Assembly: GCA_001593935.1 (NCBI GenBank)
Contig: LUCE01000002.1
Location: forward strand, 45,772 to 69,771
Source: Candidatus Bathyarchaeota archaeon B26-2
GTDB taxonomy: Archaea; Thermoproteota; Bathyarchaeia; Bathyarchaeales; B26-1
Reading direction: 5' to 3'
Length of the DNA stretch: 24,000 nucleotides
This document shows, piece after piece, positions 7,090-17,020 of this stretch. Numbering within the stretch: position 1 is the first letter of the stretch; each line of letters starts with the position of its first letter. A program made the translations under genes and the position numbers. The notes beneath the pieces are model-generated. The model did not search any database. It saw only the letters and a list, made by a program, of their open reading frames with translations, and was not told where the DNA came from.

Positions 7090-9096
7090 TTAAACTGAAC
7101 GACCGGTTAGGTTCTCCTCCAAGAGGTTGAGTATTTCTCCGGCCAGTTCGGCTTTCTTCCCATCGAAGTCTCGAACTCTACCTCTCTGGTCTATTAGGTA
7201 CGCCTTATGGCATTCGCCTCTTATCTCTGATAGGTCGTTGGCGACGATTATTGCGGCTTTGACTCTCTCAAGTTCGTCTTGAGCTCTCCTTATGAGCTCC
7301 TCTCTGGAGACCTTATACTCAAGTTTGAAGCCGACTATCCTCACGTCCGGATATCTCCTAGAGACCTCGCCTATAACCTTGACCGTCGGGATGAGGTTAA
7401 CGGTCCACTCGGCTCCGGACTTAACCTTCTCTGCTTCGTATGTGGCGGGCTTGAAGTCGAGTATGGCGGCTGAGAAGACCGCAACTTCGTATCTTCCGGT
7501 CTCGAGCTCAGTCAGGGCCGCCTTCAGCATCTCCTCAACCGTGTAGACCTTCACGACCGGTATATACTCAGGGAATCTCACAGTCCCAGGCCCATATATG
7601 ACCTTGACCTCGCAGCCTCTCTGGAACGCCTCCTTCGCTAGCCAGTACCCGATCTTACCCGAAGCCTTGTTGGATACGTACCTAACCGGGTCTATGTCGT
7701 AGCGTGTCGGGCCGGTGAGGATGAGGATTCCTCTACCCTTCAAGATGCTTGTTGAGAGGCTTCTGATGACGTAATCTACCGCCTTCTCCACAGAGGCGAC
7801 CTTGGCGGCCCCCTCACTTATCCTCGGCTCAACTAAGGTTACGCCGAGCCTCTTAAGCCTCTTTAATGCCTCCCTAAAAGCCGCGTTCATATAGAGCCTC
7901 AAGTTCATGGCTGGAGCTACAACGAGACGAGTCGGACTGGTCGAAGCGCAGAGCGTCGTAACAGCATTATCAGCTACACCCCGGGCAACTTTACAAACCG
8001 TATTCAACGTCGCAGGATAGACCAAGACAAGGTCGTAATCCACCAAGTGTTCAGCCGCACCTGTGAGCCCCAAGACGACCGGCCTCCCAGTCGCCCACTC
8101 CATAACCTTCGGGCTTACGCCATACTCAACGGCGGCCGAGGTCATGTAACATTGTACCTCAGCGCCGTGTCTCCTGAGCCATCTAGCCAGCTTGGGAGCT
8201 TCAATCGTTGCGACACTCCCAGTTAGGCAGAGTGCCACCCTCTTACCGGAGAGCTTCATGCTCTCCTTGGAGAGTTCGATAACTGGAGCAGCGGCGTCCA
8301 CAGTGGTGTAGGCGGCGTCTCCACCACCTTTAGGGAGTATGTGACTGTAATCTAGGAACCGGCCTTCACAGGGGTTTCCCCGGCAGTAGAGGATTCTAGA
8401 GTCTCCCAGATTCTTGGCTACAGCCATGATAGTTGAGGAAGACATGTACCAACCGACCTCCCCATGGTAGCAGATCGAACCCCTACCACGCTCCTCTCCA
8501 TGGTCGGAGGCCACGCGTCTCAACTCCTCGAGAACTCCTTTCAGCCCTTTAGGTTCAATCTGGGAGGCGAGCTCTACCGCTCGCTTTCTTCTCATCTCCA
8601 CGTACTTCATGAGGTCTTCGGGAACCCGCTCAGTTCTGACCCATTCTTTAACAGTCAGGTTTGTGAAGATGTGTACGCCGGGGTTTAGAGGCGTAATCTC
8701 TACTCTCTCATCTTTGAGTATATGGAACGCCTCCCTCGAATCGGCTAGGAGAAAGTTTCCCCTCCTGTACCCTTTGGTGAGCTCCATCTCCATGTAATCT
8801 GCAGCCTCAGAAGCCTTAGAGAAGTGGGTTAAGACATCCATCAGGAGGAGGCCCCTACTCCTATAGGCTTTTAAGGGTCCATCTGTATGCTGGTCGGTAG
8901 CAGCGGCGAAGAGACCTACTTTGTTAAAGCCTACCCACGTTCCCTTGGAGGATGCGTCCACCGGATGATAAGCCTCGAACCTACCTTTAGATACTCTAGG
9001 CGGCTCCTCGAATGACCCTGTTCTGGCGTAGCGGTTATGCATCGCCACAACGTGGAAGCCTTCTAGAAGCCGATACAACATTATCAGAGTGCACAT
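7090..9096 (-). CDS. coaBC: three-domain fusion: TANGO2/NRDE (DUF833)-like domain with N-terminal Met-Cys + phosphopantothenoylcysteine decarboxylase (CoaC) + phosphopantothenate-cysteine ligase (CoaB)
   Basis: A single 668-codon ORF. Residues 1 to about 256 carry TANGO2/NRDE blocks: MCTLIML, HNRYAR, KGTWVGFNKVGLFAAATD, SRGLLLMDVL, GNFLLAD, PGVHIFTNL. Residues 280-445 form the flavoprotein CoaC domain: KRVALCLTGSVATIEAPKLARWLRRHGAEVQCYMTSAA, YPATLNTVCKVARGVADN, APAMN. Residues 452-668 form CoaB: ILILTGPTRYDIDPVRYVSNKASGKIGYWLAKEAFQRGCEVKVIYGP, SAAILDFKP, EKVKSG. Confidence 0.85.
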   Translation of the reverse strand: MCTLIMLYRLLEGFHVVAMHNRYARTGSFEEPPRVSKGRFEAYHPVDASSKGTWVGFNKVGLFAAATDQHTDGPLKAYRSRGLLLMDVLTHFSKASEAADYMEMELTKGYRRGNFLLADSREAFHILKDERVEITPLNPGVHIFTNLTVKEWVRTERVPEDLMKYVEMRRKRAVELASQIEPKGLKGVLEELRRVASDHGEERGRGSICYHGEVGWYMSSSTIMAVAKNLGDSRILYCRGNPCEGRFLDYSHILPKGGGDAAYTTVDAAAPVIELSKESMKLSGKRVALCLTGSVATIEAPKLARWLRRHGAEVQCYMTSAAVEYGVSPKVMEWATGRPVVLGLTGAAEHLVDYDLVLVYPATLNTVCKVARGVADNAVTTLCASTSPTRLVVAPAMNLRLYMNAAFREALKRLKRLGVTLVEPRISEGAAKVASVEKAVDYVIRSLSTSILKGRGILILTGPTRYDIDPVRYVSNKASGKIGYWLAKEAFQRGCEVKVIYGPGTVRFPEYIPVVKVYTVEEMLKAALTELETGRYEVAVFSAAILDFKPATYEAEKVKSGAEWTVNLIPTVKVIGEVSRRYPDVRIVGFKLEYKVSREELIRRAQDELERVKAAIIVANDLSEIRGECHKAYLIDQRGRVRDFDGKKAELAGEILNLLEENLTGRSV

Positions 9097-9123
9097 ACCA
9101 AACTACTCTGCCCCAATCTCCTT

Positions 9124-9143
9124 AAAAAGGGTGCCTCGGCACC
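9124..9143 (-). terminator. hairpin plus T5 run downstream of pncA
   Basis: The minus strand reads GGTGCC-GA-GGCACC followed by CTTTTT, 10 nt after the pncA stop and about 30 nt before the coaBC-fusion ATG. Confidence 0.4.
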
Positions 9144-9152
9144 GGCTCCCCT

Positions 9153-9776
9153 CTACTCCAAGTCTGAGAGGATTACCCTCTTAACTCCCTTCCGGGTCAT
9201 CTCCTCGACCGCTCTCTCACTGTCTCCAGGTTGAACGTCGACTCCTTGTATGGCGTCTAATAGCAGGAAGGTCTCGAAGCCGTATCTAAGCGCGTCGAGA
9301 ACTGTGCTCTTAACACAGTAGTCGGTTGCTAGCCCCCCAACGAAGACTCGTTTAACGCCTCGACTCTTCAAGTTCTCCTTGAGGTTTGTGCCCTCAAACC
9401 CTGAGTAGGCCTCCTTGTCGCGTTCTGTTGCCTTCGAGATTACTATGGTGTCGTCTGGAAGCTTAAGGTCGGGGTGAAACTCGGCGCCTCGTGTCCCTCG
9501 TATACAGTGAGGCGGCCAGTCGCCTCCATACTCCCTAAACGACTTGTGGTCTGGTGGATGCCAATCCCTCGTCGCGTATATGGGCGCCCCAACCTTCCTG
9601 AATCTCTCTATATACTCGTTCAGAACCGGGACGACCTCGTCACCCTTTGGGACGGGTAGGGCTCCTCCAGGACAGAAGTCCCTCTGAACGTCTACAACGA
9701 TTAAGGCGTCTCCCTTACCGATCTTAACCTTCATAGCCAACCTCCCAACGGCTCCGTCTCTTGAGATACACATCAT
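9153..9776 (-). CDS. pncA: nicotinamidase/pyrazinamidase (isochorismatase-like hydrolase)
   Basis: Motifs are ALIVVDVQRDFCPGGALPV, the metal site ATRDWHPPDH, and the catalytic Cys in GLATDYCV. The start could be ATG 9776 or ATG 9734 (MKVKIGKGDALIVVD). A T-rich TATA-like element (minus strand TTTATTTTTT, 9809..9800) about 24 nt upstream of 9776 would fit a leaderless long form. Confidence 0.85.
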   Translation of the reverse strand: MMCISRDGAVGRLAMKVKIGKGDALIVVDVQRDFCPGGALPVPKGDEVVPVLNEYIERFRKVGAPIYATRDWHPPDHKSFREYGGDWPPHCIRGTRGAEFHPDLKLPDDTIVISKATERDKEAYSGFEGTNLKENLKSRGVKRVFVGGLATDYCVKSTVLDALRYGFETFLLLDAIQGVDVQPGDSERAVEEMTRKGVKRVILSDLE

Positions 9777-9844
9777 AAAGGGAAGGAGGCAAAAAATAAA
9801 CCTATAGTGAGAGTGAATCGGCTCTAAGCCGAGAAGGAATCCCT

Positions 9845-12367
9845 CTAACAGACGGGTTCGATCTCCATCCTTAGATTCACTATCTCGTGGGGTTTGACCT
9901 TCACCCTCCGAAACTCTTCAACATCGATCTTTTGAATAACGTTACCTAAGAAATCCGTCTTCCTAGGATTTCTCAAAGTGAAGCCCGTCTCTATCTCGGC
10001 TACGACAGGCTTCCCGTGGGCATCATAGAACCTTATGTTGGCTTCTCCATCCTCGATTTTCAGTGATGTGAGGATGAGGTTTGAGGGTTCAATGTGTAGG
10101 AAGGTCTTCTCTTGGGGGAGGCCTCCTCTGCCCCGAGATGCTTGAATCCCTACTAGTGGATGTCTATACTCGAAGGACCTTCTACAGACCTCTCCGTCTC
10201 TCCAGCCTCCCACGTGTGGATAGAGGGAGTACCGGAAGACGTATCGACCTAACCCAGCCATCTCCCGTAATCGACAAACCCTGTAGTGTTCCAGTTTCTC
10301 CGGTTCAGATGAGAGGTGTAGAATCAACGAGAGGTTGTTGTCCTCGTAGCGGTACCCGTTGTCTCCGATGTTCAGGAGGGCGACTCCGTAATCTCCATTC
10401 TCGACCTCACACCAGCTCAACGCGTGGGTTACGCCGCTAGAGCCCTCCCAGCCGTAACTCCTCTCCATCCCGACCAGAGGCTCATCGTTTGGTTCTCTCT
10501 CCTCAGCCCCGAAGGGGAAGTCGCAGTAGAGTCTTCCTCTAGAAAAATTGAGCGGAAAGACCGTTCTGAACCTCGCCTCCTTGACCTTGCAGTCTATAAC
10601 TGTCTCGAAGTCTATCCTCGGAACGTCATCGTACAGGGTTACGTACTGTTCAACGGGGTTCCCGGCGGTCTGACACTTAATCCTTAGTCTCATCCTTACG
10701 GGTCCTTCCTCCACCAGCTCAACCCTTTCCACATCAGACCCATAAACTCTATCGAACTTAGCGACCAAGAGGCGGACGTCTCCCTTCTCGCAGAGTATCT
10801 CGTTCGCCGAGTACCGGCTTGGAGCCACGATCTCCCTTCCATTAACCTTGTCGTAGACGCTTACGATCTTCCCGTCGTCCAGCTTGATCCTGTAAAACCT
10901 GTTCTCAAAGATTCCTTTGGAGAACCTCAGAGTCGTTTCGAACCTTGGAGGCTTCGAGGGTACAACGTATAGGGCCTTATATCCCAGCGGAGGAGCGTCT
11001 GTGGCCACAAGAATCTTAGCTCTCTTGTATGTTGCTCCATCCATCTCTGCCTCCAAGATTTGGTAGGGCTGAGGTTTCCCGTTGAAGTCGACGACTGAGA
11101 ACGCCTCCACGGTGTCCTCGAATTTAAGATCTACCTCTACGATGTCTCTTCTTCTCCAAGAGAGGGGGTTGAAGACCATTATTGGGATGCCATCTCCTCT
11201 CATCGATACGCGCCCGGCGACCCAGCGGAGGCTCTCCTCGGTGATTTCTTCGGCTCTTACCTTTATCTCCTTCAGAGTCTTCATCTCCTCTCTGTAGTCT
11301 TCGTCGAACTGGTAGAGGTTATCGTGGAACTCCATTAGCGAGAGTGATGTCCAGAGGCTTTCAATGTCTTCTTCGGGATAGGGTTTCCCGAGTAAGTGAG
11401 CTATGAACGCAGCCTTCTCAGCAGTCAAGAGGTTGTTAGTTGCCTCAGTTATTACGTGTAGGACCTCGCTTCTCCGGCCGTACATAGCAACCCAGCCCAT
11501 CGTGTCTAGGGTGCCTCTAACAACGGGTATGTCTTTAACCTTCTCGAGGTCTCTGAAGTAGTCGGTTAACGTCCCCACTGTGAGCATGATCTCCTCTTCT
11601 TGATTCCATCGGCGGACGAACTCCAAGAGTCCAAGGGAGGGTAGCCCCCAGTCCGACCCGTCCATGAGGAGAATAAAACCGGTCTTGGAGTGTTTCGCCA
11701 GCTCCTCCAGCAGCTCCTTAAGCCTTTTCGACGCTTCTCCATAATCCGTGTGCACGGACCCGTGGCCTCCCAGAAGCCTTCCGACCCTATGAAAGTTGCT
11801 GTAGATCGTTCTGGAGCATAGAACCCTCGTCCCATCTAACCCCTCCCAGTAAAACTCTAGCGGAACCCCTTTATGGTCGTAGACCTCCCACGGCCTCTCG
11901 AACTTGTAATACTTGAAACCGAGTTTCTTTGTCAGCTGAGGCATCTGGGAGTGATGGCCTACGGGGTCCGCCATGTGCAAGACTTGGTTCTTCCCTTTCA
12001 CGAGGGCTTCAAGACCAAATAGCCTCTCGAAGTATTTTCTTCCGTAGACCGCGTTGTTTATGAAGGCCTCCCCTTCATATTGGTGTGGTTGAGGAGTGCT
12101 CGTCATAGTCCCTCCGAGATCGATACGCCCTTTCAAGAGGAACTCCTTGAGGCCTTCAATCAGCCACGGGTAGCGGCAACCCATAATGTTGTGAACCTTA
12201 TGGAGTCCACACCACACGTAGCCACGCTCGTTCCTCATATAATCGACCACAGCAAAGAAGATCTGAGCGTTCTTCATCAAGAAGTATCGCCGGGTGTTCC
12301 TCCAAGCATAATCCATGTGCGAGTAGGGGGCGATGAAGGCCCTCCTTAATCTCTCCAAGTAAGCCAC
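9845..12367 (-). CDS. glycoside hydrolase family 38 (alpha-mannosidase-like) protein
   Basis: 840 aa with a GTG start. The GH38 N-terminal signature is PYSHMDYAW, matching the H-x-D metal site. KGRIDLGGTM...EGEAFINNAVYGRKYF follows. The nucleophile region is LHMADPVGHHSQMPQL. The long beta-rich C-terminal half is consistent with GH38 architecture. Confidence 0.65.
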   Translation of the reverse strand: MAYLERLRRAFIAPYSHMDYAWRNTRRYFLMKNAQIFFAVVDYMRNERGYVWCGLHKVHNIMGCRYPWLIEGLKEFLLKGRIDLGGTMTSTPQPHQYEGEAFINNAVYGRKYFERLFGLEALVKGKNQVLHMADPVGHHSQMPQLTKKLGFKYYKFERPWEVYDHKGVPLEFYWEGLDGTRVLCSRTIYSNFHRVGRLLGGHGSVHTDYGEASKRLKELLEELAKHSKTGFILLMDGSDWGLPSLGLLEFVRRWNQEEEIMLTVGTLTDYFRDLEKVKDIPVVRGTLDTMGWVAMYGRRSEVLHVITEATNNLLTAEKAAFIAHLLGKPYPEEDIESLWTSLSLMEFHDNLYQFDEDYREEMKTLKEIKVRAEEITEESLRWVAGRVSMRGDGIPIMVFNPLSWRRRDIVEVDLKFEDTVEAFSVVDFNGKPQPYQILEAEMDGATYKRAKILVATDAPPLGYKALYVVPSKPPRFETTLRFSKGIFENRFYRIKLDDGKIVSVYDKVNGREIVAPSRYSANEILCEKGDVRLLVAKFDRVYGSDVERVELVEEGPVRMRLRIKCQTAGNPVEQYVTLYDDVPRIDFETVIDCKVKEARFRTVFPLNFSRGRLYCDFPFGAEEREPNDEPLVGMERSYGWEGSSGVTHALSWCEVENGDYGVALLNIGDNGYRYEDNNLSLILHLSSEPEKLEHYRVCRLREMAGLGRYVFRYSLYPHVGGWRDGEVCRRSFEYRHPLVGIQASRGRGGLPQEKTFLHIEPSNLILTSLKIEDGEANIRFYDAHGKPVVAEIETGFTLRNPRKTDFLGNVIQKIDVEEFRRVKVKPHEIVNLRMEIEPVC

Positions 12368-12591
12368 CCAGCATATCTACATCTCTAACCGTTTTAAGGT
12401 TTTTACTACCTAACAGAGAGGTTTTACAGCCATTTCCATCCGTTTGGAAAAACGTAATTCAAGGTTTCACTGCTGACGGGGAGACGGCTTCTAATTGTTC
12501 CGGGTTAATGGATGACCTTGCTGGGATTCTCTAACTCTCCGTCGGGAGGCTGCATAGACTGAAGGCGCTTATATGAAGAGGCGTCCATCCT

Positions 12592-13056
12592 TTAGAACTG
12601 TTGGAGTATGTCGTTCTTCTCCATTATGCGTCCGCAGTAGTGGCATCTAAGCCTTAAGGGTTCCTCTTTCTCGACGTAGAAGATGGATTTTATTGGTTCT
12701 CCACTGTTCGAGATGCAGGCGGGGTTTACGCACTTAACTATGCCTTGTATCATGTGTGGGAGCTTAACCCTCTGTTTATCGACGACTCTGTAGTTTCGGA
12801 TGATGTTTATGGTCGCGTGAGGCGCCAGCAACGCTATCTTGTCGACCTCTTCGGGGTTGAGTTCCCTCCCTTCAACCTTAACTATGTCCTTTGAGCCGAG
12901 CTTCTCACTTGGGACGTTCATGGCTATGGTTACGACGCCTCCGGAACGCCCATTTATCCCCAAAATCTTTATGACATCGAGGGCGTGGCCCCTCATTATG
13001 TGGTCGATGACTGTGCCGTTCCTGATCTTCGAGACCCTGAGAGTCCTCTTGGACAT
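12592..13056 (-). CDS. pyrI: aspartate carbamoyltransferase regulatory subunit
   Basis: 154 aa with LRVSKIRNGTVIDHI and a zinc domain with four Cys (CVNPACISN ... RCHYCGR). Confidence 0.9.
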   Translation of the reverse strand: MSKRTLRVSKIRNGTVIDHIMRGHALDVIKILGINGRSGGVVTIAMNVPSEKLGSKDIVKVEGRELNPEEVDKIALLAPHATINIIRNYRVVDKQRVKLPHMIQGIVKCVNPACISNSGEPIKSIFYVEKEEPLRLRCHYCGRIMEKNDILQQF

Positions 13057-13137
13057 CTAGATGAACCCCCAACCAAACCACCTAATCATTAGCAACGTGG
13101 AAAGATAAATGTTCTCTCTACACGGCTATAAGGGTGA

Positions 13138-14121
<984 letters not shown>

Positions 14122-14140
14122 TCTTTCAAGGATTTCTTCA

Positions 14141-15184
14141 TCAACCAAGCGAGGCCAGATCCAAGAATATCTGGGAGCAGCAGAGAGAGGAGAAGGAGAC
14201 CTCCAGCCCTAGTCTCTCAGCCTCCTCTATGGCCGCGTCACTCGGGAACGCTATGGCGTTGATGCCGGCCCTAACGGCTAGTACATCCGTCGCGTTTCTG
14301 TGTTCCCCCTTCGGCCTTGCACATCCAAGCGCCATAGGGACATCCGGCATCATGAACCTGGCTTCAGTTAAGACTTTGGCGACGACGTTTGGCGGGGGAG
14401 GACTAACAGACTCCATCAATGTGCCCTTAATCGGAAAGAATACTATCAATATTAGGGCTGAGGGCCGATATCTCGAGATCATCCTCAGAGCTTCTAGTTC
14501 ACCCCTGAGTTCCCCGTAATGGAGCCCTACCAAGACGTGTGGAACAAACTGGATTCCAGACTCCTTGAGAGCCCTCAAGGACCGCTCGAAGTCTCGTGTG
14601 GTCGCGTTGAGCCTATAGACGTCCTTGACAGTCTCGTCTGAGCCGATTATATCGATCAGGACAGCGTCCACGCCAGCGGCCTTGAGCATCTCAGCGGTCT
14701 CCAGATCGATGAGGCCTGTATGGACAACGACGGTCAGTCCAAATCTCTCCTTTACCTTGGAGATCGTTTCGATGAAGGGTTTGATCGGGACTTTGCCGTC
14801 GATCGTGCATCCACCGCTTATCAAGCACCCGACTCCGCCTCTCCGCTTTATCTTTGAACAGACTTCTAGGAGCCTCTCAGGAGACTGGGCTGGGATCATC
14901 GTTCGCAGCAGTCTCCCACCACAGTGTCTACAGTTGAGGGCGCACCTAACCCCTGTTATGGAGATCGATGGAAAGATTCCACTCGGCCGACGGATAAGTT
15001 TACTCTCGTGGTGAATAAAGCTCGGGAGATAGAACCAGATATGTCTCCCGAAGTTTCTCCAGCTGATACTCCCAGCCCTCGAGATGGCATCCTCTAGACC
15101 CTCCAACTTCATGAGGCTCTTCTCTGCAGAGTAGGTGCCTCCCTCCGGCATCTTCATGTCCAGGGCTCCTCTAGGGCTTCTCAA
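14141..15184 (-). CDS. radical SAM protein, BioB/LipA-like (candidate LipS-type lipoyl synthase subunit)
   Basis: The CX3CX2C motif is in GVRCALNCRHCGG. Other motifs are GCLISGGC, VVHTGL and ALGCARPKG, with a C-terminal CC. The start is uncertain: TTG 15184, or ATG 15157/15151. Confidence 0.7.
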   Translation of the reverse strand: MRSPRGALDMKMPEGGTYSAEKSLMKLEGLEDAISRAGSISWRNFGRHIWFYLPSFIHHESKLIRRPSGIFPSISITGVRCALNCRHCGGRLLRTMIPAQSPERLLEVCSKIKRRGGVGCLISGGCTIDGKVPIKPFIETISKVKERFGLTVVVHTGLIDLETAEMLKAAGVDAVLIDIIGSDETVKDVYRLNATTRDFERSLRALKESGIQFVPHVLVGLHYGELRGELEALRMISRYRPSALILIVFFPIKGTLMESVSPPPPNVVAKVLTEARFMMPDVPMALGCARPKGEHRNATDVLAVRAGINAIAFPSDAAIEEAERLGLEVSFSSLCCSQIFLDLASLG

Positions 15185-15313
15185 CGGTCACTTAAGGTAG
15201 AGACCCAAGACCCTCGTAATTTACCTCTTCCATACATAATTCTTTTTTCTCTTATAATCCCATCTTTAAGATGGTGAGTCTCTAACCTAGAGCCGTTCCT
15301 CGCCCGCGTCTGG

Positions 15314-16984
15314 GTGACGGTGACCCGTTTAAGACTTGAGGCTCCCATTACTCTGTGGCGGTTTAAGAAGTTGAACGCGGAGGCCCTGACATTAGAGGAT
15401 TATAGAACTGTCTGCAGGGTTATGGGTGAGAGTTGTAGGAGAAAACTTGGAGAAGCCTTCCAGTCTATATACAGCAAGCATAAGGTGTTAGACCTGACCC
15501 CGGGCTACAGCGACCTCGATTTGAGGGCGGTCTGTAGCGGAAAGACTGTCGAAGAATGGTCAAAGATAGGTTTCGCGATCTCCCAAGTTTACCTCGAACT
15601 CCTACGTAACAACCCGAGATACAGCAGAATCCTAGAGCATCCTCCCGGCTTCATAATCTCAACCGAAGAGGTACCCAACTACATACGATACCACCCAGCT
15701 GTAGCTGAGTGGGACCTAATGTTCGGCTTCCCCCTCATAGATGCGGATTCGTCCATACCCTTCGACCAAGCCAAGAGAGCCATCCTGAAAAGTTTCATGG
15801 CCTTATACGGAGTCTACAGACCGGAGCTCGACCCTCCCGTAAACATCGACAAAGGACTACTGGGAACCTATCACATCTACGGCAGAATCATGCACCATCT
15901 GGCTCCAGCCTTGAAGGCGGGTATGAGCCTAATACTCGGACGCCAACTGAAAAGCAAGGTGGAGGCCTTTAATGAGGCTCTCCAACACTTCCCGGATAAC
16001 TCCCTCTTGAAGGATATCCAAACGATAATGGGGCGAGCATATAGGGTAAGCGCTCCCCCACACAGCCGTTGCCTGCGAGAACTCGACCTAAAGGTCATCG
16101 AGTTTCTAAGTTCCATCTTCGAGGCGATCCGTGAGAGGCACCCTTTAGAGAGTTGGCTAGAGAATACTCGTCCCGCGAGGCTTTGCCAAGAGAAGCCTAA
16201 CGGCGAGCCGGTTAAGACTATAGAGCGTTTAGAGGAGGCATTACGTGAATGGGTTGAACATTCCAGAATGGAGGAAAACCTGCGGACGGCTATCCTCTAT
16301 AAGAGCCCAATAACTAACGCACGCCATCTGATCCTAGTCTTCCGTGAAGGAAGCCTACGGGGAATAACTCGCGTGAGAGGCATCCCTAAAAGACTTGTCT
16401 CAAAGGTCAGATACGCCCTTAAAGGAGGGCGAGAAACCAATCTCTCCTCAATACTGATCTCGACAGAGGGAGAGTTCCTCTATAGGTATCTGTTGGCTTA
16501 CCCCACCGATCTATACTCGATCTTTTACAGCGGGGAGACGATCTTCGGAGAGGACTTTATGGAGTGGGTTCCTCACCCTAGAAAGGAGATGCTCATGGAC
16601 GAGGCTCTGGGAAGGATGTGCATCCTTACGGGAGTCTGTAGGTCTAGGGTCGGCATCCTCGCGTACTTGAGGGACGCCCCACCCTTCTTCGCTACGTCCT
16701 TCCTCAAGAGGAGGTGCTTTGAGGAGATAAATGAGATCATGGTCTCGATGCTGGTATCACACGGATTGACGGCACAAGGATGCGTCCCCATGACCTTAAA
16801 GGATGGACTCAACATCCTTAAGGACGGTCTGGCGGGGCGTCGTGAGTTGAGAGCCTTGGATGATCTCTACTCTCTGACCTTAAACCCTAAGAGAGTAACC
16901 AACGGCGCCATAAACTTGGCTATCGAACTCTTACCGGTTCTAAACCGGGTTGCTGAGAGGGTTTACTCGGAGGTCTTTTCTTGA
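15314..16984 (+). CDS. hypothetical protein, 556 aa, no family recognised (weak nucleotidyltransferase-like SDLDL motif)
   Basis: A long GTG-initiated ORF with codon usage like its neighbours, predicted mostly helical. The only motif I can point to is PGYSDLDLRAV (aa 63-73), with a downstream acidic EWDLMFG (aa 132-138). Confidence 0.6.
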   Translation: MTVTRLRLEAPITLWRFKKLNAEALTLEDYRTVCRVMGESCRRKLGEAFQSIYSKHKVLDLTPGYSDLDLRAVCSGKTVEEWSKIGFAISQVYLELLRNNPRYSRILEHPPGFIISTEEVPNYIRYHPAVAEWDLMFGFPLIDADSSIPFDQAKRAILKSFMALYGVYRPELDPPVNIDKGLLGTYHIYGRIMHHLAPALKAGMSLILGRQLKSKVEAFNEALQHFPDNSLLKDIQTIMGRAYRVSAPPHSRCLRELDLKVIEFLSSIFEAIRERHPLESWLENTRPARLCQEKPNGEPVKTIERLEEALREWVEHSRMEENLRTAILYKSPITNARHLILVFREGSLRGITRVRGIPKRLVSKVRYALKGGRETNLSSILISTEGEFLYRYLLAYPTDLYSIFYSGETIFGEDFMEWVPHPRKEMLMDEALGRMCILTGVCRSRVGILAYLRDAPPFFATSFLKRRCFEEINEIMVSMLVSHGLTAQGCVPMTLKDGLNILKDGLAGRRELRALDDLYSLTLNPKRVTNGAINLAIELLPVLNRVAERVYSEVFS

Positions 16985-17020
16985 GGAACTCCAAAAAAGT
17001 TTATAGTTCTCTGAGCTAGG

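Noticed and set aside
9854-9866. tRNA T-arm-like string GGGTTCGATCTCC
   Set aside because: It lies inside the last codons of the GH38 gene. No acceptor stem, D-arm or anticodon arm can be folded around it.
12507-12562. Possible C/D-box sRNA (AATGGATGA ... CTGA about 45 nt apart) in the GH38/pyrI intergenic region
   Set aside because: The C box is imperfect (GGATGA rather than TGATGA). There are no internal C'/D' boxes and no terminal complementary stem.
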